From the NCBI GenBank assembly GCA_026387405.1, contig JAPLLV010000056.1, forward strand, positions 25,765 through 89,764: a stretch of 64,000 bases of DNA, written 5' to 3'. The notes under the pieces are model-generated. The model did not search any database, had not been told where the DNA came from, and saw only the letters and a program-made list of their open reading frames with translations. Below, piece after piece: positions 46,834-56,783 of the stretch. The position numbers were made by a program, and so were the translations under genes. The stretch is from Candidatus Omnitrophota bacterium. GTDB lineage: Bacteria > Omnitrophota > Gorgyraeia > Gygaellales > Profunditerraquicolaceae. The number at the start of each line of letters is the position of its first letter. The first letter of the stretch is position 1.

Positions 46834-48241
46834 GAAGCTCCGCAACAGGCGAAGCACCGATTCCGTGCCCCGGAAGGGGACACACCAATTACTCCAATAC
46901 AATTGGGTGCATGACAGGCTCGGGTTGCTGAGGCAGTTAAAGCCGATACTTTTAATAGCGCTGCTGTGCGCATTAAGCCTTATCCTGCATCTAAGCCTGC
47001 TTATCGTTTTTCTTCTGATCATTTTAACCCTGTACCTCGTAACAACCCAAAAAACCACCCATGCATTTAAAAACATTCTTTTGCATCTAAGCCTGCTTTT
47101 CGTAATAATCCTCGTCTTAAGCTATATCATCATCCAGAACGGCGGGACTTCTTATTACATACCATTTGCGGTTGTGCCCATCCTGGTTCAAATGCTCTTC
47201 TGCGACCTCGGGCTTTCGTTATTCACTACCCTGGCTGCTTCTCTCGCAGTCAGCGCGGTATGCGGAAACAATTACAACCTCTTCCTCCTGTTTACCACCA
47301 GCGGCCTGGTGTCCATACTATTGGTAAAAGAAGCCCCCCGGCGTATGCATGTGATGCGCGCCGGCGCAGTAGTAGGATTAGTACAGGCGGCCTCCTTATT
47401 TATCCTCAACCAGGCGGCGATCAGCTCCTGGGGAAGCTACCTGCTTCTCTTCTTAAACGGAATTGCCTGCAGTTTTATCGTCCTGGGGATCCTGCCCATC
47501 TTCGAATACCTGTTCAAGACGGTAACCGATATCAGTTTACTGGAGCTGGCGGACTTTAACCAGCCGCTGCTGCAACAATTGATAAAGGACGCGCCTGGCA
47601 CATTCCACCACAGCCTCGTAGTGGGAAATCTCTCGGACGCGGCCTCCAAGGCAGTAGGGGCGCACGCGCTCTTAGCCAGGGTAGGGGCATATTATCACGA
47701 TGTGGGAAAGCTTTCTAAGCCGGATTATTTCAGCGAAAACCAGGGCAATAACGAAAACATCCACGATGACCTGACGCCTACCATGAGCAAACTGGTGATC
47801 ATGAACCATGTCAAAGAAGGGCTGGACCTGGCAAAAAAATATAAATTGAGCCCGCGCCTCATGGATTTTATCCAGCAGCACCATGGCGACAGCCTGGTTT
47901 ATTACTTCTATCTCCGCGCCCTTCAGGGGATGGAGGATAAAGATGACGTGAACGAAGAAGGGTTCCGTTATCCCGGCCCAAAACCATCAACTAAAGAAAC
48001 TGCCATAGTGCTGCTCGCGGATTCTGCCGAGGCTGCCACGCGCACCTTAAAAGAACCAACCCCCTCCAATATAGAAGAACTGGTGCACAAGGTAATCAAT
48101 AATAAGTTTATCGACGGACAGCTGGATGCCTGCGACCTGACTTTAAAAGACCTGGAGCAGATCTCTGCCGTGTTCATCCATATTTTAGGGGCCATCTATC
48201 ACAGTCGCATAATATATCCCGAACAAGGCAAACCCCGTTAG
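46793..48241 (+). CDS. 7TM receptor with intracellular HD hydrolase domain (PgpH/YqfF-like, putative c-di-AMP phosphodiesterase)
   Basis: Multiple TM helices followed by an HD domain (HHSLVVGNL, YYHDVGK, QQHHG). The phoH-yqfF-ybeY gene order is conserved. Confidence 0.8.
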   Translation: MKHMIKQFALNPLKKLRNRRSTDSVPRKGTHQLLQYNWVHDRLGLLRQLKPILLIALLCALSLILHLSLLIVFLLIILTLYLVTTQKTTHAFKNILLHLSLLFVIILVLSYIIIQNGGTSYYIPFAVVPILVQMLFCDLGLSLFTTLAASLAVSAVCGNNYNLFLLFTTSGLVSILLVKEAPRRMHVMRAGAVVGLVQAASLFILNQAAISSWGSYLLLFLNGIACSFIVLGILPIFEYLFKTVTDISLLELADFNQPLLQQLIKDAPGTFHHSLVVGNLSDAASKAVGAHALLARVGAYYHDVGKLSKPDYFSENQGNNENIHDDLTPTMSKLVIMNHVKEGLDLAKKYKLSPRLMDFIQQHHGDSLVYYFYLRALQGMEDKDDVNEEGFRYPGPKPSTKETAIVLLADSAEAATRTLKEPTPSNIEELVHKVINNKFIDGQLDACDLTLKDLEQISAVFIHILGAIYHSRIIYPEQGKPR

Positions 48242-48269
48242 AAAACTCCGTTCTCTAACGGGGCAAAAA

Positions 48270-48773
48270 ATGGAAATAGCCATAAAAAACCTGCAGTCCA
48301 AAATTCCTATCAATCCGAAGAGGATAAAAAGAATAATCCTTGATACGCTTTCATCCGAAGGCGTCAAAAAACCAGCGAGCATCAGTGTCTGTTTTGTAAA
48401 CGACAAGAAAATAAAGGAATTGAATCTGCGTTTCCTTAAAAGATCGGGACCAACCGACGTAATATCCTTCGACCTATCCGCCGGTACAAAAGAGATTGTC
48501 GCGGAGATCGCCGTCTCTACGGACACGGCTATACGCCAGTCAAAGATCTATCACACCACTTATACCTATGAAACTCTCCTTTACGTAATACACGGGTTGC
48601 TGCATATACTTGGCTATGACGACAGAAGCGCCCGTCAAAGAAAACTCATGCAGGAAAAAACAGAATCTATACTTGATAGTTCCCGACTCGGAAAAACTTT
48701 TATTCTTCGAGCAAGGTCCCTGCCTGCCGGCAGGCAGGGAGAAGATAAAAGTTTTGCCTCGCTCGAACAATAA
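48270..48773 (+). CDS. ybeY: Endoribonuclease YbeY, C-terminally extended by read-through into repeat copy D
   Basis: HGLLHILGYDD zinc-binding motif. The last roughly 20 codons lie inside the family-1 repeat. Confidence 0.85.
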   Translation: MEIAIKNLQSKIPINPKRIKRIILDTLSSEGVKKPASISVCFVNDKKIKELNLRFLKRSGPTDVISFDLSAGTKEIVAEIAVSTDTAIRQSKIYHTTYTYETLLYVIHGLLHILGYDDRSARQRKLMQEKTESILDSSRLGKTFILRARSLPAGRQGEDKSFASLEQ

Positions 48774-48774
48774 C
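48679..48774 (+). repeat. Family-1 structured intergenic repeat, copy D, whose central loop carries the palindrome ccctgcctgccggcaggcaggga
   Basis: gttcccgactcg + gaaaaacttttat + tcttcgagc-aaggtccctgcctgccggcaggcagggagaag + ataaaagttttgcc + tcgctcgaacaataac. Confidence 0.8.
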
Positions 48775-48783
48775 ACGATCTAC

Positions 48784-49554
48784 ATGTCCATTCCTAAAAC
48801 CGAAGCCATAGTCCTTAATAAGCGCGATTTCCGGGAGACCTCTTTAATCGTTGATTTTTATACCCGCGATTTCGGTAAGATAAGCGGGCTGTTAAAAGGG
48901 ATAAGGGCCGATCCCCGTAAATTCGCAAGCACCCTGGAGCCTTATTCGTTCAACGAGATCATTTTCTATAAAAAAAGGAATTCGGCGCTGCATCTGGTAA
49001 GTCAGTGCGACTTACGCCATAACTATAACGTCGTGCGCAAAGATATAATGAAAAGCGCCAATGCCATTCTCATATGTGAGCTTATCCATAGCGTAATGGG
49101 ACAGGAAGACAAGAACGAGGACATATTTAACCTGGCAAAGGAAACCCTGGAGGCACTGGAATCCAATAGCAGCCACACCGAAAAAATCACCTTGATATTC
49201 AAGATAAAACTCCTGACACTCTCAGGATTCCAGCCACACTTTGAATCCTGCGTGTCTTGCGGGACAAAGATAACCCAAGAGGCGAAATTCAGCCTCTCCC
49301 AGGGAGGACTTTTGTGTTCGGGGTGTTTCCCGAAAGACACGCACGCGAGGACGATCTTCCGGGGTACCATTGCCTCGATACTGCATATACAGAAAAACGA
49401 CATGAGGACAAACCTGAATCTCGGCCTGAACCCGGAGATCAAGAAAGAATTAAGCCAGATCCTGCACGCCTTCTTCAGCTTCCACCTGGAAAAAGATTTC
49501 AGGGCAGAAAGGGTATTAAAACAGTTGCGTAGTTTAGAACCTGCGATACAATAA
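48784..49554 (+). CDS. recO: DNA repair protein RecO
   Basis: N-terminal OB fold (AIVLNKRDFRETSLIVDFYT) and C-terminal C4 zinc finger (CVSCG...CSGC). Confidence 0.85.
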   Translation: MSIPKTEAIVLNKRDFRETSLIVDFYTRDFGKISGLLKGIRADPRKFASTLEPYSFNEIIFYKKRNSALHLVSQCDLRHNYNVVRKDIMKSANAILICELIHSVMGQEDKNEDIFNLAKETLEALESNSSHTEKITLIFKIKLLTLSGFQPHFESCVSCGTKITQEAKFSLSQGGLLCSGCFPKDTHARTIFRGTIASILHIQKNDMRTNLNLGLNPEIKKELSQILHAFFSFHLEKDFRAERVLKQLRSLEPAIQ

Positions 49555-49558
49555 TAAT

Positions 49559-50491
49559 ATGAGAATCGTTATTGTCGGACCCGGGGCGATCGGCTGCCTG
49601 CTGGCGGCATTTTTATCAAAATCCAAGGAAGAGGTAGTGCTTTTGGATAAAGATAAGGCGCGCGCGCAAAGCCTGAACCAGCACGGCATAAGCGTAGAAG
49701 GCATATCCGGGAACTGGCAGGCAAAAGTACATGCCTGCTCAGAGGCAAAAGATCTAAAAGACATAGACCTGGTGATCATCGCCGTAAAATCCTACGACAC
49801 AAAAGATGCCATAACCCTGGCTAAGCCGCTTGTGGGAGAAAACACAAGGATCGTTACGCTGCAGAACGGCATCGGGAATATCGAGGTTATCGCGGAGGTT
49901 GTGGGTAATGATAAGGTGATCGGCGGCGTAACCAACATGGGCGCGACCCTCCTGGATACGGGCAAGGTGCGCCACGCAGGGCGCGGGGAAACGACCATCG
50001 GCAGGCTCGACGGAAAAATACCGGTTGAGATGCGCTATATCCGTGAAATATTCAATAAGGTGGGCCTGCAAACGCGCATTTCCCGTGACATAAAAGGCCT
50101 TTTGTGGTCAAAGCTGATCATCAATGTGGGCATAAACGCCCTCACCGCGATCACCCGCCTTAAAAACGGGAAATTATTGGAATTCGAGGCCACGCGCAGG
50201 ATATTGCGGGAGGCGGTGAGCGAGGCAACCAGGATAGTCAAACGAAAACGCATAAAGCTTATTTATGATGACCCCCTGACCAAGGTCGAAGCGGTCTGTG
50301 AGGCAACCTCCGGTAACGTATCCTCGATGCTGCAGGATGTCTTACGGAAAAAACGCACGGAGATAGATTATATAAACGGCGTCATTGTCCGCCAGGCCCA
50401 GGAACTAGGTATCCCCGCCCCGGTTAATTCCGTATTGGTAGACTTGGTCAAGACCCTCGAATCCACCTACAACGTTTCCAACACCGCTTAA
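49559..50491 (+). CDS. panE: 2-dehydropantoate 2-reductase
   Basis: MRIVIVGPGAIGCLLA Rossmann N-terminus and the ApbA/PanE family C-terminal domain. Confidence 0.8.
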   Translation: MRIVIVGPGAIGCLLAAFLSKSKEEVVLLDKDKARAQSLNQHGISVEGISGNWQAKVHACSEAKDLKDIDLVIIAVKSYDTKDAITLAKPLVGENTRIVTLQNGIGNIEVIAEVVGNDKVIGGVTNMGATLLDTGKVRHAGRGETTIGRLDGKIPVEMRYIREIFNKVGLQTRISRDIKGLLWSKLIINVGINALTAITRLKNGKLLEFEATRRILREAVSEATRIVKRKRIKLIYDDPLTKVEAVCEATSGNVSSMLQDVLRKKRTEIDYINGVIVRQAQELGIPAPVNSVLVDLVKTLESTYNVSNTA

Positions 50492-50516
50492 AAAAACGCA
50501 GGAACAGTTTTAAAAA

Positions 50517-51365
50517 ATGAAGAAAAAAGCCATCTTGCTTATTTTAGGAATCCTCTTATCTCTCTGCCTGATCAGCGCCCTGAATATGAGCGGTTACCTT
50601 TTTATATCCGGATGGGGTAACGGCCGATTCCTGGGTGCGCGGATAAGGGCATACCCCAAAAACGCGTTTATTACCGATACGCTCCGGCTCTTAAAATTAA
50701 GAAAAGACAACGCGGCTTACCTGAACAGCGAACAGATCCTCAACCTTGAGCCGTATAATATCGATGCCCTATGGATCAAGGCGGAAGTCTTACGCAGGAA
50801 AAACAATTATAAAAATTCGGAAGAATTGCTGCGAAACATCCTCAACGACGACCCTGAACACAACCCTTCGTTGATCAGCCTCGCGTATATAGAATATAAC
50901 GCAAATAAATTTGACGAAGCCCAGAGGCTTATCCAGCGCGTCCTGAAAAGTAAAGACCTGGAGCGCGAAGAGCAGGCTTTGGCTTTTATGATGCTGGGCG
51001 CGATCAATAGCGGCCGTGCCCAAAGCGGCGGCTGGATCTTTAACAAGTTTCGTTACGGCACCAAGATCAAAGGCTATTTTTTAAAGGCCAGGGAAATTGC
51101 GCCGGACCTGCCCGAGGTCCATCTTGCCCTGGGGACATTCTATCTCTATGCCCCGGCGTTGGTAGGAGGAAATCTGAATAAGGCAATTTCCGAGTTGGAG
51201 CGCGCTGTCTCCATCGCCCCCGAGTTTGCTACGGCCTACGCCCGCCTGGCCCAGGCCTATAAAGCCAAGAACGATATGGCCAAATATAATTTATTCCTCA
51301 ACAAAGCCAAAAAGCTTGACCCTCAAGATGAAACAGTAAAGAAAGCAGAGGATGATAAACACTGA
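50517..51365 (+). CDS. TPR-repeat protein with an N-terminal signal/TM
   Basis: Several tetratricopeptide-like helical repeats (AYIEYNANKFDEAQRL..., AYARLAQAYKAKND...). Confidence 0.6.
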   Translation: MKKKAILLILGILLSLCLISALNMSGYLFISGWGNGRFLGARIRAYPKNAFITDTLRLLKLRKDNAAYLNSEQILNLEPYNIDALWIKAEVLRRKNNYKNSEELLRNILNDDPEHNPSLISLAYIEYNANKFDEAQRLIQRVLKSKDLEREEQALAFMMLGAINSGRAQSGGWIFNKFRYGTKIKGYFLKAREIAPDLPEVHLALGTFYLYAPALVGGNLNKAISELERAVSIAPEFATAYARLAQAYKAKNDMAKYNLFLNKAKKLDPQDETVKKAEDDKH

Positions 51366-53061
51366 AATAGCGGAGATATTCCGCCAGATCGCCCAGATTT
51401 TAGAGATAAAGGGGGAGAATGTCTTTAAAATACGCGCCTATGAACGCGCAGCGCAGAATATCGAAGGCCTGACCGAAGGCCTGAAAAATATAGCTAAAGA
51501 AGGCCGGCTCACCGAGATCTCCGGCATAGGCAAAGACCTCTCCAATAAAATAAACGAATTCATAAAAACAGGCCGCATCCAGGCCTACGAAGACTTAAAG
51601 AAATCAATACCCGGTGGCCTGCTGGAATTATTGAATATCCCCTCCGTCGGGCCAAAAACCGTCAAGCTCTTATATGAACAACTAAAGATAAAAAACATCT
51701 TGGACCTGGAAAAAGCAATAGCCGGGGGAAAGCTCAAAGGCATATTCGGGATAAAAGAGAAAACTATTGAAAATATTTCTAAGGGCATAGAGCTGCTGAA
51801 TAGATCCTCCGAACGCATGACGCTGGCGCAGGCCACTTTACTAACGGAGGAATTCCTGAAAAGCCTCAAAGATATTCCGGGTGTCAAAGAGGTATCCTGC
51901 GCGGGGTCATTACGCCGGCAAAAAGATACGGTGCGCGACATTGATATACTGGTGACCTCGGATAAGCCGCAAGATTTAATGGACGCCTTTGTGCGCCTGC
52001 CTCCGGTAAAAGATATCATAGCACATGGAGAAACAAAATCTGCCGTGCGCACCAAAGACGATGTGCAGGTTGACTGCAGGGTGGTTGAAGACAGGTCATT
52101 CGGCGCGGCGCTCGTATATTTTACCGGTGCGAAAAATTTCAATATCAAACTCCGGCACCTGGCGATAAAAAAAGGCCTCAAGGTCAATGAATACGGCGTA
52201 TTCCGGAAAGAAAGGTTCGTAAGCGGCAGGAGCGAAGAAGAATTATTAAAGACCTTGGGGATGCAGTATATCCCTCCGGAATTAAGGGAAGACGGCGGAG
52301 AAATAGAGCTGGCGCTGAAAAATAAATTACCGCATCTGATCGAGCTATCGGATATCAAGGGTGACTTGCACGTGCATTCCAACTGGTCAGACGGCTCAAA
52401 TTCCATCGCAGAAATGGTTGAAGGCTGCGTAAAGAGGGGCTACAGGTACGCGGCTATCACCGACCACTCCCAGAGCCTCAAGGTCGCGCACGGCCTAAGC
52501 ATCGCGGATTTAAATAAGAAGAGGTTGGAGATCGAGCGTTTAAATAAGAAACTGCGCAATTTTACCGTCCTTTTCGGCACCGAGGTAGAGATAGATTCAG
52601 AAGGCAATATTGATTATAAGGACGGGGTATTAAAAGATTTTGACGTGGTGGTAGCGGCGATCCATTCCGGATTCAAACAATCAAAAGAACAGCTTACTAG
52701 GAGGATGATCAAGGCCTGCAAGAATAAATACGTGCGCATAATAGCCCATCCCTTTGGCCGGCTCTGGGGCGCACGCGAACCCTATGAGCTGGATCTCGAT
52801 GAGATCTTAAAAGTTGCCCGGGAAACCAATACCCACCTGGAGATAAATTCCTTTCCCGACCGCCTTGACCTGAACGACATACATGCCCACAGGGCAAAAG
52901 AGATGGGCGTGAAGCTGGCCATCAATACGGATGCGCACGCCTTAGAGCAGTTAGGGACAATTAAGTACGGGCTGGCCATGGCCCGCCGGGGCTGGCTTTC
53001 TGCCGAAGACGTGATCAACACCCTCCCGCTGGACATACTATTGAAGGAATTAAAGAAATGA
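51352..53061 (+). CDS. polX: DNA polymerase/3'-5' exonuclease PolX (Pol-beta-like core plus PHP domain)
   Basis: HhH motifs, GSLRR...DIDIL nucleotidyltransferase motif, C-terminal PHP histidine cluster (HVHSNWSDG). Confidence 0.85.
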   Translation: MINTEIAEIFRQIAQILEIKGENVFKIRAYERAAQNIEGLTEGLKNIAKEGRLTEISGIGKDLSNKINEFIKTGRIQAYEDLKKSIPGGLLELLNIPSVGPKTVKLLYEQLKIKNILDLEKAIAGGKLKGIFGIKEKTIENISKGIELLNRSSERMTLAQATLLTEEFLKSLKDIPGVKEVSCAGSLRRQKDTVRDIDILVTSDKPQDLMDAFVRLPPVKDIIAHGETKSAVRTKDDVQVDCRVVEDRSFGAALVYFTGAKNFNIKLRHLAIKKGLKVNEYGVFRKERFVSGRSEEELLKTLGMQYIPPELREDGGEIELALKNKLPHLIELSDIKGDLHVHSNWSDGSNSIAEMVEGCVKRGYRYAAITDHSQSLKVAHGLSIADLNKKRLEIERLNKKLRNFTVLFGTEVEIDSEGNIDYKDGVLKDFDVVVAAIHSGFKQSKEQLTRRMIKACKNKYVRIIAHPFGRLWGAREPYELDLDEILKVARETNTHLEINSFPDRLDLNDIHAHRAKEMGVKLAINTDAHALEQLGTIKYGLAMARRGWLSAEDVINTLPLDILLKELKK

Positions 53062-53068
53062 ATCTATT

Positions 53069-53245
53069 GCTTTTCGTTTGCTCGGGATATTGCCCCTGCT
53101 TGCTTACACTCGCAGGGATTTCGCTAGACAAAAAGTTAAGGTGCTCAATTCGCGCAGCCCCCGAAACTTTTACCTTAAAGATTATTATTCAGGTATATGT
53201 TTCGGGATAATTGTGCGCTCACAATATCCCGAGCAAACGAAAAGC
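53069..53245. mobile_element. MITE-like element: perfect 24-bp terminal inverted repeats (gcttttcgtttgctcgggatattg / caatatcccgagcaaacgaaaagc) flanking a roughly 130-bp core
   Basis: Direct reading. Internal hairpins; the 61-aa ORF at 53078 inside it is probably spurious. Confidence 0.55.
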
Positions 53246-53259
53246 CTAAATAAAACAAT

Positions 53260-54192
53260 ATGAATACACTCATAAACGTATTTTCGATAATTATAGCTGT
53301 GCTTTTAAGCGGGTGCCAGCAACAACGCCTCTACAAAGACACGCGGGTGTTGATGGGGACTTTTGTGGAGGTGATCTCACCGGAAAAAAGGGCAAGCAAA
53401 ATAGCCTTTGATGAGATGCAAAGATTAGAGAACCTCTTAAGCAAGTATAAACCGGACAGCGAGGTTTCGCGATTAAATGCGAAAGGCGAATTAAAGTTGA
53501 GCCCGGAGGCATTCTTTATCATCAAGAGATCCAAGGATATCTCTCAAGCCTCCGGGGGCGCCTTTGATATCACGGTAGCGCCGCTGGTTGACCTCTGGGG
53601 GTTCACTGATAGGAAATTCAAGATCCCCCAAGATACAGAGATCAAAGAAACCCTTAAACTGGTAGGTTCAGAAAAAATTGTATTGAACGATAGCAATAAT
53701 GTGGTAAAATTTAGCTTTCCCGGAATGAAAATTGATTTGGGCGGCATCGCTAAAGGGTATGCCCTTGACTGCGCGGCAAAGAAACTTAAGGACGCCGGAA
53801 TAAAAAGCTGCCTGATAAATGCCGGAGGACAGGTATATGCCCTGGGTGACAAATTCGGAACCCCCTGGATGATAGGCATTAAAGACCCCCGCCGGGTAGA
53901 GCCTACGGAATTTATCACTCTGGAAAATCAATCAACTTCTACCAGCGGCAATTACCAACAGTTTTTTATTAAAGATGGCGTGCGCTACGCGCATATAATT
54001 GATCCCAAAACAGGCTTCCCGGCAAAGGCCGGATTAATTTCCGTAACGGTAACTGCCCCGGAGGGTCTGACCGCAGACGCGCTCTCCACCGCCATATTCG
54101 TGCTGGGGAAAGAAAAAGGAGAGGCCCTGGCAAAAAATTTTCCGCAAATAAAGCTAATGGAAGTCGAAGAGAAAACGGCTAAAACGCAATGA
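53260..54192 (+). CDS. apbE: FAD:protein FMN transferase (ApbE family lipoprotein)
   Basis: Lipobox LLSGC. ApbE motifs (GGIAKGYALD, SGNYQQF). 310 aa. Confidence 0.85.
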   Translation: MNTLINVFSIIIAVLLSGCQQQRLYKDTRVLMGTFVEVISPEKRASKIAFDEMQRLENLLSKYKPDSEVSRLNAKGELKLSPEAFFIIKRSKDISQASGGAFDITVAPLVDLWGFTDRKFKIPQDTEIKETLKLVGSEKIVLNDSNNVVKFSFPGMKIDLGGIAKGYALDCAAKKLKDAGIKSCLINAGGQVYALGDKFGTPWMIGIKDPRRVEPTEFITLENQSTSTSGNYQQFFIKDGVRYAHIIDPKTGFPAKAGLISVTVTAPEGLTADALSTAIFVLGKEKGEALAKNFPQIKLMEVEEKTAKTQ

Positions 54193-55526
54193 ACAACGTA
54201 AATCCCGTTAACCCCGCCCAAAAACAGATGTTCGTGTTCTTTTCCCACCTCTTGGATAGGACGGTAGTTGATAACAACGGCCAATTAGTCGGCAAGGTAC
54301 ACGATATAATCGTAAGGACTACGGAGGTCTATCCGCAGTCTGTGGCGCTTATCATACGCAAAGGTTTTCTCCGGCGTCAATACGCGCTAGTTGCCTGGGG
54401 CGATATCAAAGAGCTAGAAGAAAATGAAGTAGCCTTAAAGATTGCCCTTGAAAAGATCAATTTTACCGATAAGCACAACAACAAGGAAGAACTTACCCTG
54501 CGGCGCGATATCCTTGACCAACAGGTCGTTGATACCCACAATCATAAAGTCATCCGCGTAAACGATATACACTTATTGCTCGTTGACCATTCCCTGATGG
54601 TGGCGCATGTGGATATAAGCGTAAAAGGCCTTGCCCGCCGATTAGGGGTAGAGCCGTTCATCGCATTCTTATGCAAGGCCCTCAATAAAAATTCCGACTA
54701 TTTATCAAAACTCAACCTCATTGGGTGGAAATACATCCAGCCGCTCTCCATCAATCCCGTAAGCATGACCATCAAAGTAGACATGCCGCAGAAACAGTTA
54801 AGCGCCATACCGGCCGCGGATTTAGGAGATATATTCCTGGACCTCAACCAGAAACAACAGGCGATTCTTTTCAAATCCCTGGACATCTCAACCAAGGCCA
54901 GGATCTTTATCAATATTGATTTTAAGACCCAAAAATCCTTGATCGAGGAACTGCAAAACAAAGATATAGTAGAAATATTAAACAGTATCCCTTCGGATGA
55001 AGCCACGGATTTCCTGGAAAAGCTTCCCCAGGTAAAAGTGGACCAGCTCTTAAAGCTCCTGGAAAGCAAGATCTCCAATAAATTATCCCAGCTTCTGGGG
55101 TATTCCAGCGATTCAGCCGGAGGCCTGATGACCGCTGAATACCTGGCCTTTACAAAAGAAACCCCAGTAGAAGAGACCCTCAGGCAGATAAAAGAGCGCT
55201 CCTTCAAGGTAGAACCCTTGCAATTCGTTTATGTGATCGATGAAGGCCATCATTTGATGGGCTCAACGAACTTCCGCCGGCTCATTATGGCTGACCCTAA
55301 AGAACCCATCCAAAAAGCCATGTTCCCCAAGACCTATCCTGTGCACCTGGATTCCAGCGTTAAAGAAGTGGCGTACTTAATGGATAAATATAAATATTAC
55401 GTCATACCCGTAGTGAATAAAGACAACATCCTGCAGGGGATTATCACCGTTGATGATATCCTAAGCCAGGTGATCAGTATCGCCTGGAGAAAACTAAGAA
55501 AGATAACCCCAGCGACAAAAATATGA
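54189..55526 (+). CDS. MgtE-intracellular-domain / CBS-pair protein lacking the MgtE transmembrane domain
   Basis: PRC-barrel-like N-terminus, MgtE_N helical region, two CBS motifs, and no C-terminal TM segment. Confidence 0.65.
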   Translation: MNNVNPVNPAQKQMFVFFSHLLDRTVVDNNGQLVGKVHDIIVRTTEVYPQSVALIIRKGFLRRQYALVAWGDIKELEENEVALKIALEKINFTDKHNNKEELTLRRDILDQQVVDTHNHKVIRVNDIHLLLVDHSLMVAHVDISVKGLARRLGVEPFIAFLCKALNKNSDYLSKLNLIGWKYIQPLSINPVSMTIKVDMPQKQLSAIPAADLGDIFLDLNQKQQAILFKSLDISTKARIFINIDFKTQKSLIEELQNKDIVEILNSIPSDEATDFLEKLPQVKVDQLLKLLESKISNKLSQLLGYSSDSAGGLMTAEYLAFTKETPVEETLRQIKERSFKVEPLQFVYVIDEGHHLMGSTNFRRLIMADPKEPIQKAMFPKTYPVHLDSSVKEVAYLMDKYKYYVIPVVNKDNILQGIITVDDILSQVISIAWRKLRKITPATKI

Positions 55527-56782
55527 GACTAAAAAGGTTCTGGCAGAGCCTGCTTATATTTCTCGCGGTAATGGGTCCCGGGATTATTACCGGAAGCGTG
55601 GACAATGACGCCGGAGGAATTACAACCTATTCGGTTGCCGGAGCGCTCTATGGCTATAAGCTTTTGTGGGTGCTTATCCCGTCATTCATTATTTTGGCCG
55701 TGGTCCAGGAGATGAACGCGAGGATGGGGGTGGTAACCGGGATGGGCCTGGCAGACCTGATCCGGGAAAATTTCGGGGTCAGGATCACCTTTTTCATCTT
55801 CCTGGGGCTGGTCATTGCCGATATCGGCAATACCGCTACCGAGTTTGCCGGAGTAGCCGGAAGCATGATGATATTCGGAGTGAGTAAATATGTCTCTGTC
55901 CCGATATCCGCCCTCGCAGTCTGGATACTCGTGGTAAAAGGCAACTATAAGATAGCGGAGAGGATATTCCTGTTGTTCAGCTTTTGCCTTCTCTCATATA
56001 TAGTCTCCGCGCTCCTGGCAAAGCCGGACTGGCACCAGGTGGTATCGGGATTCATGATACCGAATGTAACCTTTGACGCAAACTGCCTGGGATTGATCCT
56101 CGGCATCGTCGGCACTACCGTAGCTCCCTGGATGCAATTCTACATGCAATCGTCCGTTATCGAGAAAGGCATTAAAATAAAAGATTATAAACTTTCGGTG
56201 CTCGATGTTCTGGTAGGCTGCACCGCCACCATAGTGGTTGCCTTTTTTATCATGGTTGCCTGCGCCGCAACGCTGAATAAAAACCATATCATCATACAAG
56301 AAGCAAAAGACGCGGCTATGTCGCTTAAGCCCTTTGCCGGTGCCTTTGCCGCGCAGCTATTCGCCTTTGGGCTTTTCGTGGCGTCTATATTCTCTGCGGC
56401 AATACTGCCTCTGGCCACCGCTTTTTATGTCTGCGAGGCCTTTGGTTTCGAGGCCGGTATAAACAAGAACCTCCGGGAAGCGCCTCAATTTTATTCACTG
56501 TTCACCGCGATCATATTGATCGCCCTGATCATCATACTGTTCCCTAACGCCCCCCTGATCGGCATCACCATCTGGACGCAGGTAATCAATGCCATGCTTT
56601 TACCGGTAGTACTTTTATCCATGATACTTATGGTCAATAATAAATCGATCATGGGAGATTACACAAATAATAAATTCCAGAATATCGTGGGATGGGCAAC
56701 CGTAATAATCCTCATAATACTTACCATAATGCTCTTAGCAACGCCTATCGCATCATATTTAAAAAATTTAATCCGAGGTTAA
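55523..56782 (+). CDS. mntH: NRAMP-family divalent metal transporter
   Basis: GPG...DND.GG signature (AVMGPGIITGSVDNDAGGITTYS), 11-12 TM helices, MNARMGVVTG. Confidence 0.85.
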   Translation: MRLKRFWQSLLIFLAVMGPGIITGSVDNDAGGITTYSVAGALYGYKLLWVLIPSFIILAVVQEMNARMGVVTGMGLADLIRENFGVRITFFIFLGLVIADIGNTATEFAGVAGSMMIFGVSKYVSVPISALAVWILVVKGNYKIAERIFLLFSFCLLSYIVSALLAKPDWHQVVSGFMIPNVTFDANCLGLILGIVGTTVAPWMQFYMQSSVIEKGIKIKDYKLSVLDVLVGCTATIVVAFFIMVACAATLNKNHIIIQEAKDAAMSLKPFAGAFAAQLFAFGLFVASIFSAAILPLATAFYVCEAFGFEAGINKNLREAPQFYSLFTAIILIALIIILFPNAPLIGITIWTQVINAMLLPVVLLSMILMVNNKSIMGDYTNNKFQNIVGWATVIILIILTIMLLATPIASYLKNLIRG

Positions 56783-56783
56783 A

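Noticed and set aside
53078-53263. 61-aa ORF MLGILPLLAYTRRDFARQ...
   Set aside because: It lies entirely inside the MITE-like inverted-repeat element and has no start context or homology. It is probably non-coding
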